From NCBI GenBank assembly GCA_051439425.1, contig JBFRWD010000014.1, positions 1-30,627 on the forward strand: a stretch of 30,627 bases of DNA, in the 5' to 3' direction. The DNA is from Synechococcus sp. (GTDB lineage: Bacteria; Cyanobacteriota; Cyanobacteriia; Thermostichales; PCC-7336). This document shows positions 27,709 to 30,627 of this stretch, one piece after another; position 1 is the stretch's first letter, and each line of letters opens with the position of its first letter. The translations under genes and the position numbers were made by a program. The notes under the pieces are model-generated. The model saw only the letters and a program-made list of their open reading frames with translations, searched no databases and was not told where the DNA came from.

Positions 27709-28695
27709 TTAGAACAACTCACCAATGGGGGTGCCGGGGGCAACGTCTTGGAAGTTGCTGCCAACACCGCGAGATTCCCAGTAATCCGTAATCGAGGAGT
27801 AGGCTTCTGCAGGCAAGCCAATGTAACCAACGCTGGTGGACAGCTCGGTGGCGTTCTCTAGGTAGAAGTCAACGAAAGCAGCTACCTGAGGCTTCTCAGT
27901 TGCAGCCGCTGCATTCACGTAGATGAACAGGGGACGAGCCAGGGGAGCGTAGGTGCCGTTCTCAACGGTTTCGGTAGAGGGGGCAACACAACCATCGCCA
28001 CCGTCAACAGCAACAACGTTCAGAATGTCTTTGTTCTCTTCGTAGAAAGCCAGCCCGAAGAATCCAAGACCGCCTTCGCTACCGGCAACACCAGTAACAA
28101 TAACGTTGTCATCTTCGCTGGGGGTGAAGTCAGCGCGAATATCATCTTCGTCCAAGATGGCTTCGCTGAAATAATCGAACGTACCGGAATCTACACCAGG
28201 GGCAAACAATTCGAAGGGAACATCGGGGTAGTCAGCACCTTCAACGTCGGCCCAGCTAGTAACAGCGCCTTCAGCGTCTGCATTCCAGATGTAGTTGAGC
28301 TGCTCGGTGGTTAGGCATTGAGCAAAGTCGTTATCCTTGGAGGTCACAACCGCCAGACCATCAAAAGCAACAGGAATTTCAACGAACTCGATGCCGTTGG
28401 CGGCGCATTCTTCCATCTCGCTGTCTTTGATGGGGCGAGACGCGTTAGAAATGTCAGTCTCGCCAACGCAGAACTTGGTGAAGCCACCGCCACTGCCGCT
28501 GGTCCCCACAGACACGTTGACGTCAGAAGCTACGGCTTGAAATGCTTCTGCTGCCGCGATCGTTACAGGGCCAACAGTGCTGGAGCCGTCTGCCAGTACG
28601 TCACCGCTCACATCTTGTGCAGATACTTTTAGAGCGGTCAACGAAACAGCAGAAGCCAGCAGGCCAGCTGCGATCGCCAGATTACGATTCATCAT
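27709..28695 (-). CDS. pstS: Phosphate-binding periplasmic protein (PstS/SphX family)
   Basis: [26 protein letters not shown] and [13 protein letters not shown] motifs. ATG 28695 follows GAGGA. Sec-type signal peptide ending VSA. Confidence 0.93.
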   Translation of the reverse strand: MMNRNLAIAAGLLASAVSLTALKVSAQDVSGDVLADGSSTVGPVTIAAAEAFQAVASDVNVSVGTSGSGGGFTKFCVGETDISNASRPIKDSEMEECAANGIEFVEIPVAFDGLAVVTSKDNDFAQCLTTEQLNYIWNADAEGAVTSWADVEGADYPDVPFELFAPGVDSGTFDYFSEAILDEDDIRADFTPSEDDNVIVTGVAGSEGGLGFFGLAFYEENKDILNVVAVDGGDGCVAPSTETVENGTYAPLARPLFIYVNAAAATEKPQVAAFVDFYLENATELSTSVGYIGLPAEAYSSITDYWESRGVGSNFQDVAPGTPIGELF

Positions 28696-28826
28696 GTTCC
28701 TCTTCCTGTAGAAGGTTCGCCTTCGGAGCAAGGCATTTGTTTTTATGACGTAACATCTGGAACAAAAGTTCCAGTGAAGATCGAATAAACTTCCGAACAA
28801 ACGCTAGCGCATATTGATATTTTTTA

Positions 28827-28856
28827 AGGTTAAATATAGGTTAACTATTGGTTATT
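28827..28856 (-). promoter_or_regulatory. Cyanobacterial Pho box (SphR site)
   Basis: Minus strand AATAACCA-ATA-GTTAACCT-ATA-TTTAACCT: three 8-mers with 3-nt spacers matching YTTAAYYW, upstream of pstS. A candidate -10 (TAGCGT) lies 20 nt downstream. Confidence 0.85.
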
Positions 28857-28999
28857 TAAAGAATAAATAAACCTATTTGCGCTATTCAATCCAACCTTTT
28901 CAAGGACGCTTTTGGGACCTCAATCTCTCTGGAATTCAATAGGATCAACCTCTTCATGCAGGCTGTGTTTATGGCAGATTGCATGCTTGACCTGCGTAG

Positions 29000-29045
29000 C
29001 TGTCAGACTTCTGTCAGTTTTAAGGGAAACAGCAAGATTTATAGT
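29000..29045 (+). promoter_or_regulatory. Putative OmpR-family-type direct repeat plus -10 element
   Basis: CTGTCAG-ACTT-CTGTCAG (11-bp period) at 29000-29017 and TATAGT at 29040-29045. Confidence 0.4.
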
Positions 29046-29490
29046 CAACACCCTATTTTGATTGTTTTGAATAGGAGGATACGTATCTATCTGTTCACAT
29101 GCAAGAAACCTCTCTATGCTGCGCTTTCCATCTTGCTAAATTTTCGAACCCACTCTTCATCGCCCCAGTTATCATTCGACTAGGTTCTCTGTTTTTCCAT
29201 CATTGGCAAAATCAACATGGCCCACCAACACTGCGATTGAGTGTCATAAACACAGCCAATTGCTGGCGTCCAAGTCTTGCCAGCGCGATCCCCAACAGCA
29301 GCCAGACTTAGCCAGATCGGGTATGGGTATCATTACTCGATCTGGCAAATCCGCTCCTCTTTCATCAGAGATTGCAAACGTTTTAAGTAACTTTTGGCTG
29401 CGGCGCAATTCGCAGCCGGTACACTAGACGTGGGAACACTCAGGACTAGTGTCAGGAGTTCGCACCATGTCTTTCAGCACCTCACCCTCT

Positions 29491-29700
29491 ATGTCTGCCG
29501 ATACGCCGTCTGTAACGGACATAAAGATGTATTCCGAAGAAGAAGTTGCCGCGATTGCAGAGCGGTTGGATAAAGACGAATACGGTACTGTTTTCGGCTG
29601 CTTGGATGATTGGCACACCTTAAAGGCGATCGCCTTTCATCAGCCCGAGCTAGTGGCGCCCTACGTTCATCTGCTGGAACTGGAAGTAGATGAAGATTAA
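29491..29700 (+). CDS. DUF2555 family small protein (IsiD-like)
   Basis: VAAIAERLDKDEY...LDDWHTLKAIAFHQPELVAPYVHLLE matches the DUF2555 pattern as I recall it. Start is 29491 or 29467. Confidence 0.8.
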   Translation: MSADTPSVTDIKMYSEEEVAAIAERLDKDEYGTVFGCLDDWHTLKAIAFHQPELVAPYVHLLELEVDED

Positions 29701-29981
29701 TCGTTCCCCTTCAACTGTGGGCTGGGCCTAGAGCCACCCAGAATTTAGACCTACATTGCAAGCAGGCAAGCCAAATTGGCGCTTTGACCTGCTAGGCTGG
29801 CTGGCGCTATACCGACCTGCCAGTAAGAGACATTCCATTGGTTTTGGGATACGAATAGTACGTCTCCCCCGGCACCTCTCTGGGTAGAGATACACACCCG
29901 CCTTGCACATGAATTCATTAGGAAATGTGCCACGGTGTGATTTGATTTTGTTGTACTCTTAACCCTCACCGAGGCGATCGC

Positions 29982-30627
29982 ATGCATTGGAGCGATTCCT
30001 TCCGGCGTACTAAGATTGTCGCCACGATTGGTCCCGCAACTTCTAAACCTGACGTTTTGAGACAGTTGGTGCTCAATGGAGCCACCACCCTGCGTTTGAA
30101 CTTCTCCCACGGGACCCACGACGATCACCGCCGCAGCATTCGGCTGATTCGCCAGGTTGCTTACGAGTTGGGTATCCAGGTTGGCATCCTCCAAGATTTG
30201 CAAGGGCCCAAAATTCGACTGGGAAAATTTGCCGAAGGGCCTATCACCCTCAAACCCGGCGATCCGTATGTCTTGACCAGCACTACCATGGCTGGCACCC
30301 AGGAGCGAAGTTGTATTACCTACGATCGCTTGGCGAATGAAGTTCCCGAAGGAGCAACGATTCTAATTGACGATGGTCGCGTGGAGATGCGCGTAGAGCG
30401 AGTCGATCCAGATGCCGGAGAGCTGCACTGTCGTACCGTGATCGGCGGAGTTCTCTCCAACAGCAAAGGGGTCAACTTTCCGGGCGTTCGCCTGTCCATT
30501 CGAGCCATCACCGAAAAAGATCGCGCCGACCTGAAATTTGGCCTCAGTCAGGGGGTGGACTGGGTTGCCCTCAGTTTTGTTCGCGAACCCTCTGACGTCA
30601 TCGAATTACGCCAACTCATGTCGGAGG
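29982..30627 (+). CDS. pyk: Pyruvate kinase (3'-truncated by window edge)
   Basis: Manual translation MHWSDSFRRTKIVATIGPA...LRLNFSHG...ILQDLQGPKIRLG...ILIDDG...SKGVNFPG...VDWVALSFVR. Confidence 0.97.
   Translation, partial: MHWSDSFRRTKIVATIGPATSKPDVLRQLVLNGATTLRLNFSHGTHDDHRRSIRLIRQVAYELGIQVGILQDLQGPKIRLGKFAEGPITLKPGDPYVLTSTTMAGTQERSCITYDRLANEVPEGATILIDDGRVEMRVERVDPDAGELHCRTVIGGVLSNSKGVNFPGVRLSIRAITEKDRADLKFGLSQGVDWVALSFVREPSDVIELRQLMSE

Noticed and set aside
29370..29392. Possible Fur box upstream of the DUF2555 gene (ATTGCAAACGTTTTAAGTAA)
   Set aside because: Only a weak partial match with poor dyad symmetry.
29751..30203. 150-aa ORF on the minus strand (also 30320..30511)
   Set aside because: Antisense to pyk.

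Overview
A cyanobacterial chromosomal window (dense HIP1 GCGATCGC; psbX, psbK, psbV, psbV2) that is mostly housekeeping. In order it holds: a partial alpha/beta hydrolase, a 1437-aa tail-anchored coiled-coil protein, a cNMP/AAA+/4Fe-4S membrane protein, psbX, murJ, psbK, tRNA-Ser(TGA), an SDR, cobT, psbV2-psbV, hemA, glpX, RNase II/R, a Met-gamma-lyase-family gene, desC, a decayed Wzx flippase, a CemA/PxcA-family gene, a second hydrolase, a small Cys-motif protein, queC, lspA, an orphan pstS with a Pho box, a DUF2555 gene and a partial pyk. psbX, psbK, pyk and the wzx remnant are absent from or fragmented in the ORF track. The gene list leaves several things unexplained: four gap-free copies of a 28-bp motif in a > > < < arrangement between psbX and murJ; a ~91-bp element with terminal inverted repeats present twice, 16 kb apart; about ten LPEA[VI]xxNTxSI motifs in the giant coiled coil; an apparent regulated promoter with no clear gene, divergent from pstS; and a structured hemA leader. 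No transposase, integrase, cas gene or CRISPR array was seen. All calls are from reading the sequence; no searches were run.
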